A DNA stretch of 63,744 bases, filler included, from Atractiella rhizophila (GCA_021432655.1; 9 parts of 9 records of this genome joined end to end with filler, not necessarily neighbours in it); one strand, 5' to 3'; shown: positions 1 through 13,548, numbered from the whole stretch's first letter. Numbers and translations are program-made. Notes: a model not told the origin generated them from the sequence alone.

Positions 1-731
1 GGCGTGTCCAACAAAGGTTCATGGCACGACCGATACAAGGATAGCGCGTACATCCACATCGGAGGACTGCACAAGCAACTGACGGAGGGGGACGTGATCA
101 CTATTTTTTCTCAATATGGGGAACCGGTGGATATCAACATGCCGAAGACGAAGGAGCCGCCGTACACGAATAGAGGGTTCGCTTGGCTCATGTATGCTGA
201 TCAGAGGAGTACTGTGCTTGCGGTGGATAATTTGAATGGAGCTCAGGTCTTGGGGAGGTATGTGTTTCTCTTTTCTCCGTTTCTCCCTTTTTACTCTTCA
301 TGTTGTTTTTTTACTTTTTTTTTGAAGGGTTATTGATATTAATTAATCATTGCTTGGTGATAGGACATTGAAAGTGGATCACACGGAGAAGTATAAGCAG
401 TTGGAGAGGAACGAGGAAGGGAAGATGGTCGAGCGTGAGACTGAGAGCATGAACGCGGCTCCTGAGCTATTTTACAACCCATCCAAAGGTTCGTCCTGTC
501 CTCCTTCCCCTGTCCCTTTTTAAAATCTTTTGTTCGTGAGTAGACGAAGAATCGGACGTGGAGGTGAACTTGGATGGTATCGACCCTGACGATCCGATGG
601 CAGAATTTTTGATTGAGGAGCGGAAGAAGGAGGCACGGAAGAAGGCGAAGAAGAAGAAGAAGAGGGATGGAGAGAGTAAGGAGGAACGGAGGGAGAGGAA
701 GAAGAGGAAGAAGCTTATGAAAGGAGACTGA
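1..731 (+). CDS. IST3: RRM protein, RES complex/U2 snRNP Ist3 (Snu17)/RBMX2 homologue; 5'-truncated; exons <1-257, 364-488, 544-731
   Basis: SWHDRYKDSAYIHIGGL...GFAWLMYADQRSTVLAVDNLNGAQVLGR|TLKVDH is the RBMX2/Ist3 signature. GT-AG introns 258-363 and 489-543 keep the frame to TGA at 729-731. Lys/Glu-rich tail. Confidence 0.93.
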
Positions 732-1046
732 TCTCGTCTTCTCCTACTTTCTTTCCATTCGAGCTAGCGATCACCACTCGCACCCCGATTCGACGACGTT
801 TAGGAAGTCAGTCCCATGAATTCTGACATTCTGGACTTGTGATCCATCTCATTACGAATTCCTTCGTCTCCGAGATGTCCACCTATTGTATATGAGACCA
901 GCATTGAGGCTATTTACCAAAATGTGTTCATTTGGCGTTATTGCTCGCAAATAAAGTTCATACCCCTTCCGCAGCAACTGCATTCTCTTGATCCACTTTT
1001 GCCGAACGACCTCACTTCACAGCATCACCTTATTTATGCACTCGCC

Positions 1047-2596
1047 ATGACCTCCTCGCCACCCTCCGTCCAGCCAGCCCTCCCATCCACACTCCCCAGC
1101 AGCCTCAGCCCAGCCACCGAGCCCACAGCCACGCACGAACTCCCCCTCCCCTTCCCCTCCGCAAACGTCACAACCACACCCACATTCGCACCCGAGTCCC
1201 CGTCCACATCCGCCGTAAACCTCCCCAGTCCGTCTGCCTCCCCCGCCGGTGCCCAGGTCGCAGGTCACGGGGTTACCAGGAACGTCCTCAATCACGTAGG
1301 CACGAACTCGAACGGTGCAGCGACGGGCTCCCCTATTTCTACTCCGACCACTACGAACGACTATCAGATGATCTCGACATCTCCTTCTCCGTCTCCGCCA
1401 GCTCTTACCCCAGAGTCGACAATGGGGAGAGGTGGTGGGAAGGGAGTCGTGAATGGCACAGGAACGTTCGGAGGTGGTGGGGGAACGGGAGGAGGCGGAT
1501 GGACCAGCGGGTTGGGTGTCAATGGAAATGGTTCGGGTTTGAGCGAAGGAACGCAGACGCAGACTCAGGAGAGAGGTGTGGGTGGTGGTGTGAATGGAAT
1601 TGCCGGAGAAGGTGGGTTTCTCCCTCTTAATCTAATCCTATTCGATGGAGGGACAGTGTTGCCTTCGCTTTCTTGTTCGCACTCTATCCTCATGCATTCA
1701 AGCCGCAATGCTTGCAATGTAGAGGGTCATGTCGTAGTTTTTTCTTTCTTTTTCGGCGTTCCTCTGGTCGCCACACGCGACACCATGCGACCGCGAAGCG
1801 CAGTGGACGGATGGAAAAATCGTCTTATTTCCTTTATAAAGAGAAGTCTTACTTGTTCCCTACCGTGCCTCGGTGCTCTTCAATGGAGGGGTCGGCAAGT
1901 GCTTGCCTGTTGTTCGACTCGCCGAATGCTCGTTCTCTCATTCTTAGTTGGTGAGGGTGGAGAGCTTCCTCGCTCCACGACCCTGTTTGATGATGAGTAT
2001 CTTGATACGCGACATAACTTGAATCCAGAAACAAGCGCCGTCGTGATGATGTTAATGTCAGTGGTGTCGTGGCAAGCAAATTATTGTCCTTTGATGGCAG
2101 TATGAGTTCAGGACTCTTCCTGCTTTGTTCCTTCTCTCGGATAATTTGCTTCTTATTTCTCCAAGGATAATACATTTCTGTCTGTAATTGAGGCATCATC
2201 GATGGATTCCTCCCCTTCCACTTCTTTTCCCCACTCTGTCCCTCCCTCTTTCCCTCCTCCGAACTCAAATTCAAATACTGACATATCTCCATCCCCTCCT
2301 TTCCTGACTTCCTTCTCCTGCACGACCGAACTCCGACCATCCCACGACCCGAATGGCAATCTCAAACCGCCGGATATCCATGCCTACGCACTTGCCGCCC
2401 AAGAAGCCTACCTCACGAATCCCAAAACACGTCCTCACCGGACCAACTCCGCCTCGTCCACCTCCACCATCACTGGTATCCCAGCCTCGTCCAATCAGAC
2501 GAGCTCAGCATCGACCAATCCCCCAGTCTATCAAGCGCAGCCTCCCCAACCTGCTCCGCATTCGCAGACCGCAACCGCGAACTCGAACTCTTCTTC
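1047..2596 (+). CDS. Low-complexity Ser/Pro/Thr/Gly-rich hypothetical protein(s); exon structure unresolved; runs into the assembly gap
   Basis: ATG at 1047, open to a GTGGGT donor at 1612. A second coding-like block from about 2202 (LRPSHDPNGNLKPPDIHAYALAAQEAYL) runs to the gap. No recognisable domain. Confidence 0.45.
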
Positions 2597-3554
2597 NNNN
2601 NNNNNNNNNNNNNNNNNNNNNNNNNNNNNNNNNNNNNNNNNNNNNNNNNNNNNNNNNNNNNNNNNNNNNNNNNNNNNNNNNNNNNNNNNNNNNNNNNNNN
2701 NNNNNNNNNNNNNNNNNNNNNNNNNNNNNNNNNNNNNNNNNNNNNNNNNNNNNNNNNNNNNNNNNNNNNNNNNNNNNNNNNNNNNNNNNNNNNNNNNNNN
2801 NNNNNNNNNNNNNNNNNNNNNNNNNNNNNNNNNNNNNNNNNNNNNNNNNNNNNNNNNNNNNNNNNNNNNNNNNNNNNNNNNNNNNNNNNNNNNNNNNNNN
2901 NNNNNNNNNNNNNNNNNNNNNNNNNNNNNNNNNNNNNNNNNNNNNNNNNNNNNNNNNNNNNNNNNNNNNNNNNNNNNNNNNNNNNNNNNNNNNNNNNNNN
3001 NNNNNNNNNNNNNNNNNNNNNNNNNNNNNNNNNNNNNNNNNNNNNNNNNNNNNNNNNNNNNNNNNNNNNNNNNNNNNNNNNNNNNNNNNNNNNNNNNNNN
3101 NNNNNNNNNNNNNNNNNNNNNNNNNNNNNNNNNNNNNNNNNNNNNNNNNNNNNNNNNNNNNNNNNNNNNNNNNNNNNNNNNNNNNNNNNNNNNNNNNNNN
3201 NNNNNNNNNNNNNNNNNNNNNNNNNNNNNNNNNNNNNNNNNNNNNNNNNNNNNNNNNNNNNNNNNNNNNNNNNNNNNNNNNNNNNNNNNNNNNNNNNNNN
3301 NNNNNNNNNNNNNNNNNNNNNNNNNNNNNNNNNNNNNNNNNNNNNNNNNNNNNNNNNNNNNNNNNNNNNNNNNNNNNNNNNNNNNNNNNNNNNNNNNNNN
3401 NNNNNNNNNNNNNNNNNNNNNNNNNNNNNNNNNNNNNNNNNNNNNNNNNNNNNNNNNNNNNNNNNNNNNNNNNNNNNNNNNNNNNNNNNNNNNNNNNNNN
3501 NNNNNNNNNNNNNNNNNNNNNNNNNNNNNNNNNNNNNNNNNNNNNNNNNNNNNN
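2597..3554. other. Scaffold gap (958 N) inside contig 1
   Basis: Run of N without the TTAATTAATTAA linker. Confidence 0.98.
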
Positions 3555-3699
3555 TTCCTGGTCATTTTGTATACCTCGTCTCTTTTACTTTATCTTTTCG
3601 AAATTTGTTGCTTTCTTGCTTTGTCTTACCGTGTCTGGCTTTAGTTGGTTGACTCTGTTCTTCCGCCCATCTTTAGTTAGGAACTGGAACGACTTTTGA

Positions 3700-4800
3700 C
3701 ACATTTAAGGGTGACGTTGTCGCTGGTGAGGACGACGAGGTTCTATAACGTAGCAAAGGCCAACTGAGGTTTCGCGAACTAAAGGCGGTGGAGCCTTCAG
3801 TGGAAACCTCCTGCCGAGGTCGCGGAACGGCAAGGGAAAGCTTCCCGACTTGCTGCTGTGTAGCGAGGGACGCAGACATACTGCTACACGACTTGGTCTT
3901 GGCTGTCGACAGCTTAGGCTTAGCGATCATTTTCGAGGTTAGAAGGCACCTTCCAACAGCCAGCGCAGGAGCCAGTTACAGCAGGCAAAGCTTTCTCTCG
4001 CTGCTCTCCCTCTTCTGGCGGCAGACGCAGAAGCAAAGCCAGAGCTCGAGAAAGGGAGAAGGGGAGGTAGTCGGAGTAAGAGAGGTAAAGCTCCCCACGG
4101 AAGCAGGCTTAGCGAGAGCAGTAGGCTGACGAGTAGGTTGTCGGCGACGAAGAGTTAGCGTCGGACAAAGTGAAGGGTTAGTGATTGTTTGACGAACTCA
4201 AAAAGAGAGAGGAGGAGGGTGCGGAAGGATAGGACGACGGTGAGCCGGAGTTTGAATGAAGAGGTAGGGACGGTAAAGACTGGGAGCAAGAGGTCAGGGC
4301 TCTAGAAGAGAAGCTCATTGGCTTACCATCATCTTCGTACCAGCACAACTCGAAATTCTCGCAGCCTCTCGAAGCGCCGAAGAACGTTAACCTCGCTCTC
4401 AAAGAGCTAGGAAAGGCAGTTCGCGGCGTAAAACTCGGACTTCGACAAGTCGTTCTCGCAGTTAGAAGAGAGGCATAACCCCAGTTGTTCCTAAGGTAAG
4501 CCGTATCGTACCTGGCCGCCCCGAAGGAAATCAGGAAGGAAGTACTGAGGAAAAGGTGCAGGTTACGGTTAAGGGCGGTGGAAGTTAGGCGCTTGACATA
4601 GGTATAAGAACGGCTAGGTAAGAGAAGTAGGAGTAGGAGGACAAGTTCGTAGTAGCCATGGCCTGAGTGAGAGGGGGGTGACCGTAGGAGGCGGAAAAGG
4701 GAGAGGAGGACAAGGGAGTAGAAGAGGAGAGGGAGAGAGAGTAGTGGAGGAGGTGGAGGGAGAATGAGAGAAGGTATGTGGAGAGTAGAGGCTGTGAAGG
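3700..4800 (-). pseudogene. Degenerate coding-like or repeat-derived sequence with many TAA/TAG stops (RIP-like decay)
   Basis: Minus-strand frames read as protein broken by stops (e.g. NCENDLSKSEFYAANCLS*LFESEVNVLRRFERLREF; NLENDR*A*AVDSQDQVV*QYVC). TpA greatly exceeds ApT. Confidence 0.4.
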
Positions 4801-5693
4801 GAAAAGTTTGAGAGTACAAGTCGGTTGTCTCTAAGTTTCCGTTTCGTTTTCTCTTTTTTTTATATCGTTCAAGCAGATCTGACGTTTGTTTCTATCGCCT
4901 CTCCATCATCTCGACGAAAAACAATCGGCAACTGTACTTTTCGACTACCCTCGTTCCTCCGATTACTTGCGTACCTCCTCAACGAAAATACGACTCCACT
5001 TCTACCTCCATTTCCTCACATCAACTCGATGCCATTTTTTCTACTCGTACTTCGTCTGCTCTACTACTTTACTCTAAAAATGCAGTGTGCACCCCATTTC
5101 GACTGTGCTGCGCCAGCTTGACGGCTTCGCATATCTTAATAACGATCTACACTGGAACGATCTCATCTTATCTTGCCTTGGCTCTCGAACACTGTCGCAA
5201 ATATTTTCAGCAACATATATTTGATCGTCTTGATCGCAATCTCATTTGGGAACTCGAAGTCGACTCAGGATCATTAACATTGGTCTAGAAACGGGATCAG
5301 CTGCAACAGGGACACTGAGCATGAGAAGTCGTACTTGCAACAATGTGAATGTTGGTTATTCGTGCTTAATCATCAATATTTGATCATTTCCTATCAGTAT
5401 CAGTACAATCATGATGACGAGTTGGAGAAAAGCAGGAAACAGGTGCACTTACACGAGCAATCATGTTTGTTCCACAGAGCCACTGGCACTCCAGGCTAGG
5501 TTGCATTTGTTCCCCTGGTCAAAATAAAATCATTGAGTGAGCCAAAGTGAGCTTACAAATAAATATGCACTGCATGCATCAATTGTAACGCTGCACGTAC
5601 GCGAAATAATGCGCATAGTCACGCGTCACGGGGATTTCGACGACCGAAAGCAACCAGCCTCACTTCTCCACTTCTTGTTTTTATGAACTCATC

Positions 5694-6900
5694 ATGGATT
5701 TCTCGGCCCAACCCACTCTTACTCCCGCCAGTGCCCATGCCAGCACCAGTGAGGCGTTCACAGACCCAGCAAGCTCGACCTCTCATTCAGACCAAGTCGT
5801 CGATGTTATGAGCTCGGAAGGAGATATTACTGCTATGGTAGCCGAGAGTAGTGATACGGAGAGTGCTTGGAGCAACGGAAACGCGATACAGACCCAGGGG
5901 AGGGTAGAGGCAGTTGAAGGTGTTGATGCTCAAGTTGAGGCACAAGGACAAGGTGGGTTCTCAGTTTTTTTTCATGGTGGGAAGAGAAGTGCTTTTTGTT
6001 TCGATATTTTTTGGCACTGGTGATGAGAGCAGTTGCATCGTTTGACACTGTGGTGTACTACTGTAAATAGACACCTCGCTTCCCTTTATTCCGTGGAAGT
6101 CGGTCACCAACTCCGCCCAGAAGGAGGAAATGAATAAATCGTTTTTCTCCACTGAAAGCGGCTTTTGCACACGATACTCGTTAGTGGAGAAGGTGTTTAG
6201 GTTACATCAGCCTTAGTTCTGCGCGTTACGGAAAGACATCCTGTTTCCTTACCCTCCCCAGCATGACAGCATGACACGTGAGGTCAGCTTGTAATCTTCC
6301 CAGCGGCGGTACAAATCTGCACAGGTTGGATCCACCATCCAAGGACGCTGTTCAGCGTTCCCAGTTGTCTGGGAAAAAAATGGAGCCCGACTTGTTCTAC
6401 AACCTTTGATATTTATGTCTTCTTTTTCTGACCCAATGCACCACTTTCACCCTCTCGATTGAACCGTGGGGTTGAATTATCATCCATTGTCAGAGGAGTC
6501 GGCCACCGGTTGTACGTAGGCTACAACTGAATGCCAAGGAGACAAACACGATTAAAACATGGCTGCACCTTCTGAAGGCAACGTGTCCTATCTCCAAGAA
6601 ATGACAAAGGATTATGATATATTGTAATCACTGTTCAGAGCCGGTTCTATGTTCAAGAACAAGGCAGCCGAACGACGATCAGGTAGGGAGAAGAGTCCCA
6701 GGGTCCCCACTGTGACCTGCATCGAATAACTCTAGTCGCTCAGACTAGGTAGAAGCTCCAGAGAAGAGTACAGGCATTGCACGCAACTTCTGTTTGCGAG
6801 GAGTGTCGCAATGGCAGCTTGACTCAGATAACGGAGGAACTCTACCGACATATCGCATCCTTATGCTTGCAAAATGCTGGACCATTCCTGAGATAAACAA
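5694..6900 (+). pseudogene. Hypothetical spliced gene, probably decayed in its 3' part
   Basis: ATG 5694 ORF ends at a GTGGGT donor (~5952) and splices in frame to DTSLPFIPWKSVTN (~6071-6179). Further fragments (VVRRLQLNAKETNTIKTWLHLLKATCP) are broken by stops. Confidence 0.3.
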
Positions 6901-7159
6901 TGGACTACTTATGGCATGATTCATGTCTTTTTGCTGGACTGAACTTCAGACAGACACCAACGTTTCTTTCTGCTCGTAATCTGATCATGTAACTCGAATG
7001 TTGATTACGACGTGAGCAGCCTACCAAACCAATCCCAGGACGAGTAGTCCACCTCGAACTAGTTCCGCACCCTTTCCCTCGACCTCTACCGTTACATTTC
7101 CCCCCGCCTCTTCATCGTCGACGCAACCCAACCCGACAACGGCAAACACCCATTCATCT

Positions 7160-8402
7160 ATGTATCAGCACCAGCCTCCATCCTCTCTGCAGTCCCATCA
7201 TCCATCTACGACCACGAACTCTAACTCGCGTTCGATTTACCCTTCCCTCCATCTTACGCCGATCAACGACAGCTTCGTCCCCAAGCAAATCTCCCTCAGC
7301 CCCCCTGGCACTAGGGTGAGAATAGGAAGGCAAACGAATGCAAAGACGGCGCCGAATGATAGGAATGGATATTTTGAGTCGAAGGTGTTAAGTCGGATGC
7401 ATGCGGAGGTGTGGTACGAGGGAGGGAAAGTATTTATCAAGGATGTCAAGTCTGCTAATGGGACTTTCATAAATGGAACTCGGCTCAGTACTGAAGGCGT
7501 AGAGAGTCAGCCTTGGGAATTACATACTGATGACATGGTGGTAAGCAGCCTTCTGCGTCTTGGAGTACGGTACTGAGGACTTCACCGCATAGGAATTCGG
7601 AATTGATATCATGTCGGAGGACAACAAGATGATCGTTCACCACAAGGTGTCGGCCAAGGTCTTCCTCGTCCTCAACGCCGAAGATGCAGTTGCTTCTTCG
7701 AGGTACGCCAACCATCTTCGCAAAAGCGTTGACCCAAGCTGACGGGACATATTGCTGTAGGGATTTGAACGCTTGGTTTTTAAGTGTGGGAGAGAGTCCA
7801 CTTCATCGTCGTGGCAAGGCTGGAGGGAGTGTAGGGCTAAACTTTGATCAGCTCTTCAGCCATCTCCAGGTGCGATTTTCTGTTGCACACGGTCTATCTT
7901 TGAACAAGCTTTGATCGTGTTGGTGCACACACAGAATGAGATCCAGAAGTCAAAAGAGACGACTAACGAGCTGAACGTTGTCACGAACATAATGGGATCT
8001 ATTCACGAGACTATAAATGGTGGTCAATCAGTCCCACCTCCCATTTCACCGAAGCAGATACCTCCCTTTTCTCCCCGTGCTCCACCCATGCTTCCCGCTG
8101 CCAAGGATTACGGATCCACCATCACGGCCCTGCAGAACCAATTGTCAGAGACGCAAGCTTCTCTCACCTCGCATACAGAGCGGATGGGAAATCTTGAATC
8201 TCTGCTGGCTGAACATGAGAGTCTGAAACGGGAGATGTCAGAAATGAAAGAAGTAATGGAAGATAGCAAGAGGGGGATGGAAGAAGCGATGAAAGAGAGG
8301 GAGAGAGAACGCGAGAGGGAAAAGAACGGAAATGCGACCGGGAGGGTGAGCCCAGTCCCGATGATGCTCGAAGAGAAGGATGAGGATGAAGAGGAGTGGC
8401 CG
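7160..8402 (+). CDS. VPS64: FHA-domain coiled-coil protein, Vps64/Far10/SLMAP family (STRIPAK); 3'-truncated; exons 7160-7540, 7593-7702, 7761-7869, 7935->8402
   Basis: RIGRQTNAKTAPNDRNGYFESKVLSRMHAEVW...KDVKSANGTFING FHA motif, then EFGIDIMSEDNKMIVHHKVSAKV and a coiled coil. Confidence 0.85.
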
Positions 8403-8502
8403 NNNNNNNNNNNNNNNNNNNNNNNNNNNNNNNNNNNNNNNNNNNNTTAATTAATTAANNNNNNNNNNNNNNNNNNNNNNNNNNNNNNNNNNNNNNNNNN
8501 NN
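8403..8502. other. Artificial contig-joining spacer; identical spacers at 16879-16978, 25354-25453, 33822-33921, 42197-42296, 50517-50616, 58831-58930, 61866-61965
   Basis: Exactly 44 N + TTAATTAATTAA (stops in all six frames) + 44 N each time. Confidence 0.99.
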
Positions 8503-11500
8503 CAGCGACACATTCCTAAATTCTACTTTGCCAGTGGACGGCCAGTCTACGGGTTTTGGTGGGCAGTCAGGAGCGTCTTCGGGTTCGAGGTCCCTGAATG
8601 AGCATGAACGGTGCACAGGAGAAACAGAATGGACTGGCTCACTTATACTCCTGGAGTCTATCAAGGGCAGCGGCGGCGATCTGAAGTTCTGTCCAAGCAA
8701 GAACAACGTAGTTGACTGTTCCGCTGAGGGTAAACACTTGCAAGATGGCGACTGCGAGGACCGCAGGGTTCAGAACTCCAACTGACGCTGCCCAGCGAGG
8801 TAAGTAATTTGGTGCAACATGGAACCGTCACGTACAAACTGCTACTACGACAAGCACAATGGCAATGAAGCTCATCAGATTAGATAATGCCGAGCTGAGC
8901 CATATGCGAATCATTGCGAGTAGGTAAACCGTCCTTTGGGCGACATTCACTTGTTCGCTGTTCAGAGTTATAAGCTCCTCTTCACATCCAAATGCTCGCA
9001 AAGAAATGAGCCCTTTTGGATCAACCCTGCACATCCGGTTCAGACGAAGCAGAAGGGAATCAAGGAGCGCACGTTTCACTGAACAGACTGTGGGATCAAT
9101 GAGAAATGTTTTCGAAGTTGAGAGAGATTACTTTACGTGTTCAGGGGACTAACCGCGCTGGCGCTCAACCGACGCAATGATTGGGATGTGAACTACCGAA
9201 CGAACCTTAGGGCCACGTTTACTGCGATGAGAATGCTTCTTTACATTATAGAACCGCTGGATAAACCAGAGCCCGAGAAACAGAATCCCAAGGGGAATCC
9301 ACATTATAGGGACAGCGGTGATGACAAGGATGAGTTGAGCGATCATGTTCAATCCTGCAGGAAAAACAATCAGACGGCGCAGAGACACAACCGTAGTAGA
9401 TTACCGGCTTAGGTCGTAGATAGCCAATCTGCATGAGTGTTTCCTCCTTTGCCGACAAGTTAAACTCACATGACGTTAGGTTGGCAGACTGTCCAGGGAA
9501 CATGAAGTCTACAGGAACTAGTTAGCCGCCATGTCGTAAAATGTCACCATAGTGCGGACCTAAGGTCATTACATCAGAGCTGTGAGATTTTCGATGAGTA
9601 AAATCCCAGACAACAAGAACTAGACATACGAAAACCTAGTGATGATGCGGCCAATCGGTTGGTTTTCGAAAAAAGAAAGTGAAGTTCTGCAATACGGTCA
9701 GATTATTCATGTTGAACGGGTGCAAACGAAGCATACAGGAGTACGTTTTCGATAACAGGATTGACAACGTGTTTGGATGTGAGTGTTGGCATACGAACGA
9801 GGATATTATAGGAGTTCCCCCAATACGAAAACAAGAAGCCCAATTCGAGTACAACGTAAAAAGCGAGGCTCGTCAGAAGATATGCAGTGTCCAAATGATC
9901 GGCCATGGATTGGAACCATCGAGCCTCTGCCTCATAAGTCAGCTGGTGTTTTCATATGAGAAATGAGACAATTACGATACAACGGAATCGCCAACGTGAA
10001 GGCTGAGGTAAACATCATCCCCAGATAGTAAAGGCACCCGTTGAAGATGCCAGCGGACATGTAGTAGTTCCAATAAGTCGAAGATGGTATAGTCTTGAAT
10101 CCAACATCTAGATCTTTAGAATTCTTCGTAACCACATCCCTTTCATCTCTCTTGCCGCCACCGTCATCAACCGAAGCTACTTTGGTCGCCTTTTCATCTG
10201 CAACTTCCCGCTGCTGTTTCAGCTCCTTCAGGAGGCTGTAGCCGTGGCCTTTCTTCAGCAACAGTTGCTCATATGTTCCTTGCTCGACAATTGTCTGCCC
10301 TTCCATCCAAATGATCCAATCAGCCCTCGGAAGCCGCTGCACTAGAACAGAGGCGCTGGTTAAAGTCAGTCGAGTGGCCAGGAACATACATGCCTGCATT
10401 GGTCGTCATCACCACCTGTGATTCACTTCAGCGAGGTCCTTATAGGATAAGGACCACGGATAAAGACTGACGGTTTGATCTCTCAAAATTCCATCTTGTT
10501 TGTCAAACAGTTGGCGAAAAACGTGTTCCTCAGTCAACACGTCCAAAGCCGAAAGCGTATCATCCAAGAGGTAAATATCATTCTGAGCATAAAGAGCTCT
10601 TGCTAAAGCCACTCGCTGTGGAAAAGAGGTCAGATTCACATCGGCAGTGGACAACGAAAGGATCTACTTGACTTTGCCCTCCGCTCAGTGTTGCAGTCAA
10701 CGTTTCATCGCCCTCCTTCAACGTGGCCAGATCAACGTCGAGGGCTACAGCACGTAGAACGGTGTCATACAAAACCGATTGATCTTTCGATCCCATAAAC
10801 TGAATATTCGTTCGAATGCTCTCACTCCGTCGAAGCCCTGCGCTTTCATCAACTCCTTTTCTGTTCGACCAAAGATACTGACAAGCATCTTGAGAACAGT
10901 ACGAAATGTTCCTTCCACCTCTCCCCGAAAATTTACCCTCGGACAGTACAACTTCCTCCAAGAGGGCTTGAAGAAATAGGGACTTCCCACTTCCCACCTT
11001 CCCAACAACCATCGTGAGTTTACCGCTCCGTATGCTTGTCGTTATGTCGGCCAAAAGAATTGTACCGTCTTTATTTTTGTAGGTTGCGTTTTGGAGAGTC
11101 AGGTCCGCGATTTCAAGTGGTGTGGCCACTGTTCGTTTCTCGTTTCGCAACAAAAATTCCTGGTCTCGCTGGTCAGGTTGGGCTATGTGGGCGGTTGGAT
11201 GAAAGCCGACCTCTATCCTGAGAACAGAATTAACTGTTTGGACAATGGAACCATAGTCCTGTCCTAAGCGTACTGCATACCAGTCAAAACTGAGAAATCC
11301 TGTGGTAAATGGAAATGCTCACTCAATGGTGCACCGATGACTTGTACCATACTGACGACAGTAAACATTTTTTCGACGTTGAGCTCACTGCGTCTAGACG
11401 GGGTGAGAAGGCAGATGATGGTAAATGCACTTGAATAAGGGCATGTCAGCCAGCCACTCTTTGTGGGAGGGAAAGAGACCCACAGAATCGTGAGCTAGAG

Positions 11501-13548
11501 GCACATTCAAATGTTAGCTCAGTTTAGCTGAGCAAAGAAAAGTCTCTTCACAAGCCTAAAGGTGTCCCCGGTCACACCTTTCGAGGTTACATTTTATCAC
11601 TATTGAGCAGTCACGAGATGTAGCCAGCTCACTAGACACAAAAGCTATCAAAGTAGCCCTGAAAAACATGGCCTTCCGCTTGTCGAGCTCGACTTCTCGA
11701 TAACTTTGAATTTTCCGGATCAAGGGAAGTTCCCAAGAGGAAAGTTTGACGGTCCGGATGCTCTTCAAAACCGATACTAAAAGTTTGGACCGCTTGTCCA
11801 TCGCTTGCCTCCAAGCAGCTTGCAAAGGTCCCATCGGACGAGAAAGATGAGGGGTGACCGATAGGAAAACAACTGCTCCTAGCAGAGGGGCGACAAATGC
11901 AGCTCCAACCTCGTACCAAAGCAGTACCAGGCCAAATATCATGGCTATGACGGCCGAGTAAAGACCTGTCACCTGGCTTGATAGGAGTACTCCCATGTGA
12001 GAATGACTTGCCGTGGAAAGTGGTGACTCCGTCCGAAATGTTGCTAGTGTCCTTCAACCGATTCATTAGTCATTAACAAAAAGGATTTGACAAGGAAATA
12101 GAACCGCAGTAATCATGTTAGACGCCATCCCTGTTCCGACTTCTCTCATTTCATCAACATCCATTCGGAGAGATTTTCGATAAATGATCTCTCGCAAGAA
12201 GCCTTGTAAGGTAACAGAACTCCGCCTGAGTGCAATATCCCTACAACCCTGTAAGCGCAGGAGTCGCTGAAATCTGGAACACACTTTAGATTGGTGAGCA
12301 GAGTCTTCGAGATCAGGACGATGCCCACACTCCAAGCAAGATATGTGCCAACCACCGCATCCTCTGGGGCATCGGAGGCTTGTGAGCTGCAAATGATTTA
12401 GCAGAAATAATGCGTGCTATAATCATACGGACTTGAGGTAGCCAATAATTCGACCAATGAGATATGGCTGTAAAAGTGAAATGGCCGTGACGAGAAGATT
12501 TGGAATAGCTGGTCGAAGCAGAATCGGCCAGAAGACAGAAAGGATAGTCCCAAGAAGTGGGGATATTGTCATTCCATGTTCCTTTCCCGACTTCCTGGCC
12601 AAATAAACATCGCGCTGGTGGTCCCACACAGCCTGAGCGCGAAAGTAGCTCGCCTTTCCGCTCAGACGTCGATCCATCTCTGGCAACTCGGAAACTGCGA
12701 GAGGACGTGAAATGTCGGATCCTCGCATTAGAAGAGGAAACAGCCAATTGACGAGCACCTTGGACAGCGGCGGGGCCATCTCTTCAGGAGGAAGCTTCGC
12801 AGCCTGTGAATGTCGAACACTTAGTTTCGAAGATATTAATGCAACAAAAGCACTCACCAGGTCCTCCTCGATAAAGCAAGAACTCTTGTTTACGTTTTCG
12901 ACACTCAGTAGTAGGACAGTAAGAAGCCAAGGGAGATAAAAGACTAGCTCAAAGACGAGTAACTCCTTCGTCACCAAGACTGAGGAATGTAGGAAAACGT
13001 TGGAAAAAGTGCGTATTTTGAGGAGATTAGATATTGTCGTCAACAGTAAATAAACCGAGCTGGCGGAAGAGGAGGCGACAGCGTAGAAATGGTTGAGGTA
13101 GACTAGAGATGACAGCAATATCTGGAGTCTATGTCAGCGCACTGTTCTGAAGGGAGCAAACCGACTGACCGTAGCAACAAAATCTTCAACCCCAATGCCA
13201 ATCATGTGAGCCGTCCCCTCCTCCCATCTTTGATTCCACCAGATGGCTGCAGCTTTGCAGGTCAACAAGACGCCACAGATCAAAACTTTGACAGTTGCAA
13301 GCCAGTTCCATTTGATGAGACGTATGCCGTTGTGGGGTATGAGCAACGGGGCAGAGGTGATAATCAGAACGGTTGGTAACGTAGTCAAAAAGCTGACGAT
13401 ACCTTTCAGTTAGTTTCTTTTGGTTGCGAAAGAACCCTGAAGATAAGGCTCACAGATGCGAGAATGCTAATGTTACATCACGGTCTCTACAGTTTGCGCT
13501 CAGTGTAAAGATGTCCCACTCATTTGAGCAAAAATTTGGCTCCTCCAT
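8503..13548 (-). CDS. ABCC/MRP-type ABC transporter, many exons; 3'-truncated at the start of NBD2
   Basis: Start MEEPNFCSNEW...NCRDRDVTLAF. NBD1 has Walker A GKVGSGKS, signature LSGGQ and Walker B IYLLDDTLSALD. TMD2 has FFENQPIGRIITRF and LISLRAFG. Ends WPSTGKVEFRNVSL at the contig end. Confidence 0.92.

Noticed and set aside
1988..2110. Two RTGATGA C-box-like motifs suggesting an intronic C/D snoRNA
   Set aside because: No CTGA D box at a suitable distance and no rRNA antisense element recognised.
2202..3699. Long ORFs (480, 448 and 344 aa) in the ORF track
   Set aside because: They only read through the N gap.
8447..8458. TTAATTAATTAA palindrome recurring about every 8.4 kb as a possible repeat or piggyBac TTAA site
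   Set aside because: Always centred in a 100-bp N spacer; it is an artificial six-frame stop linker.
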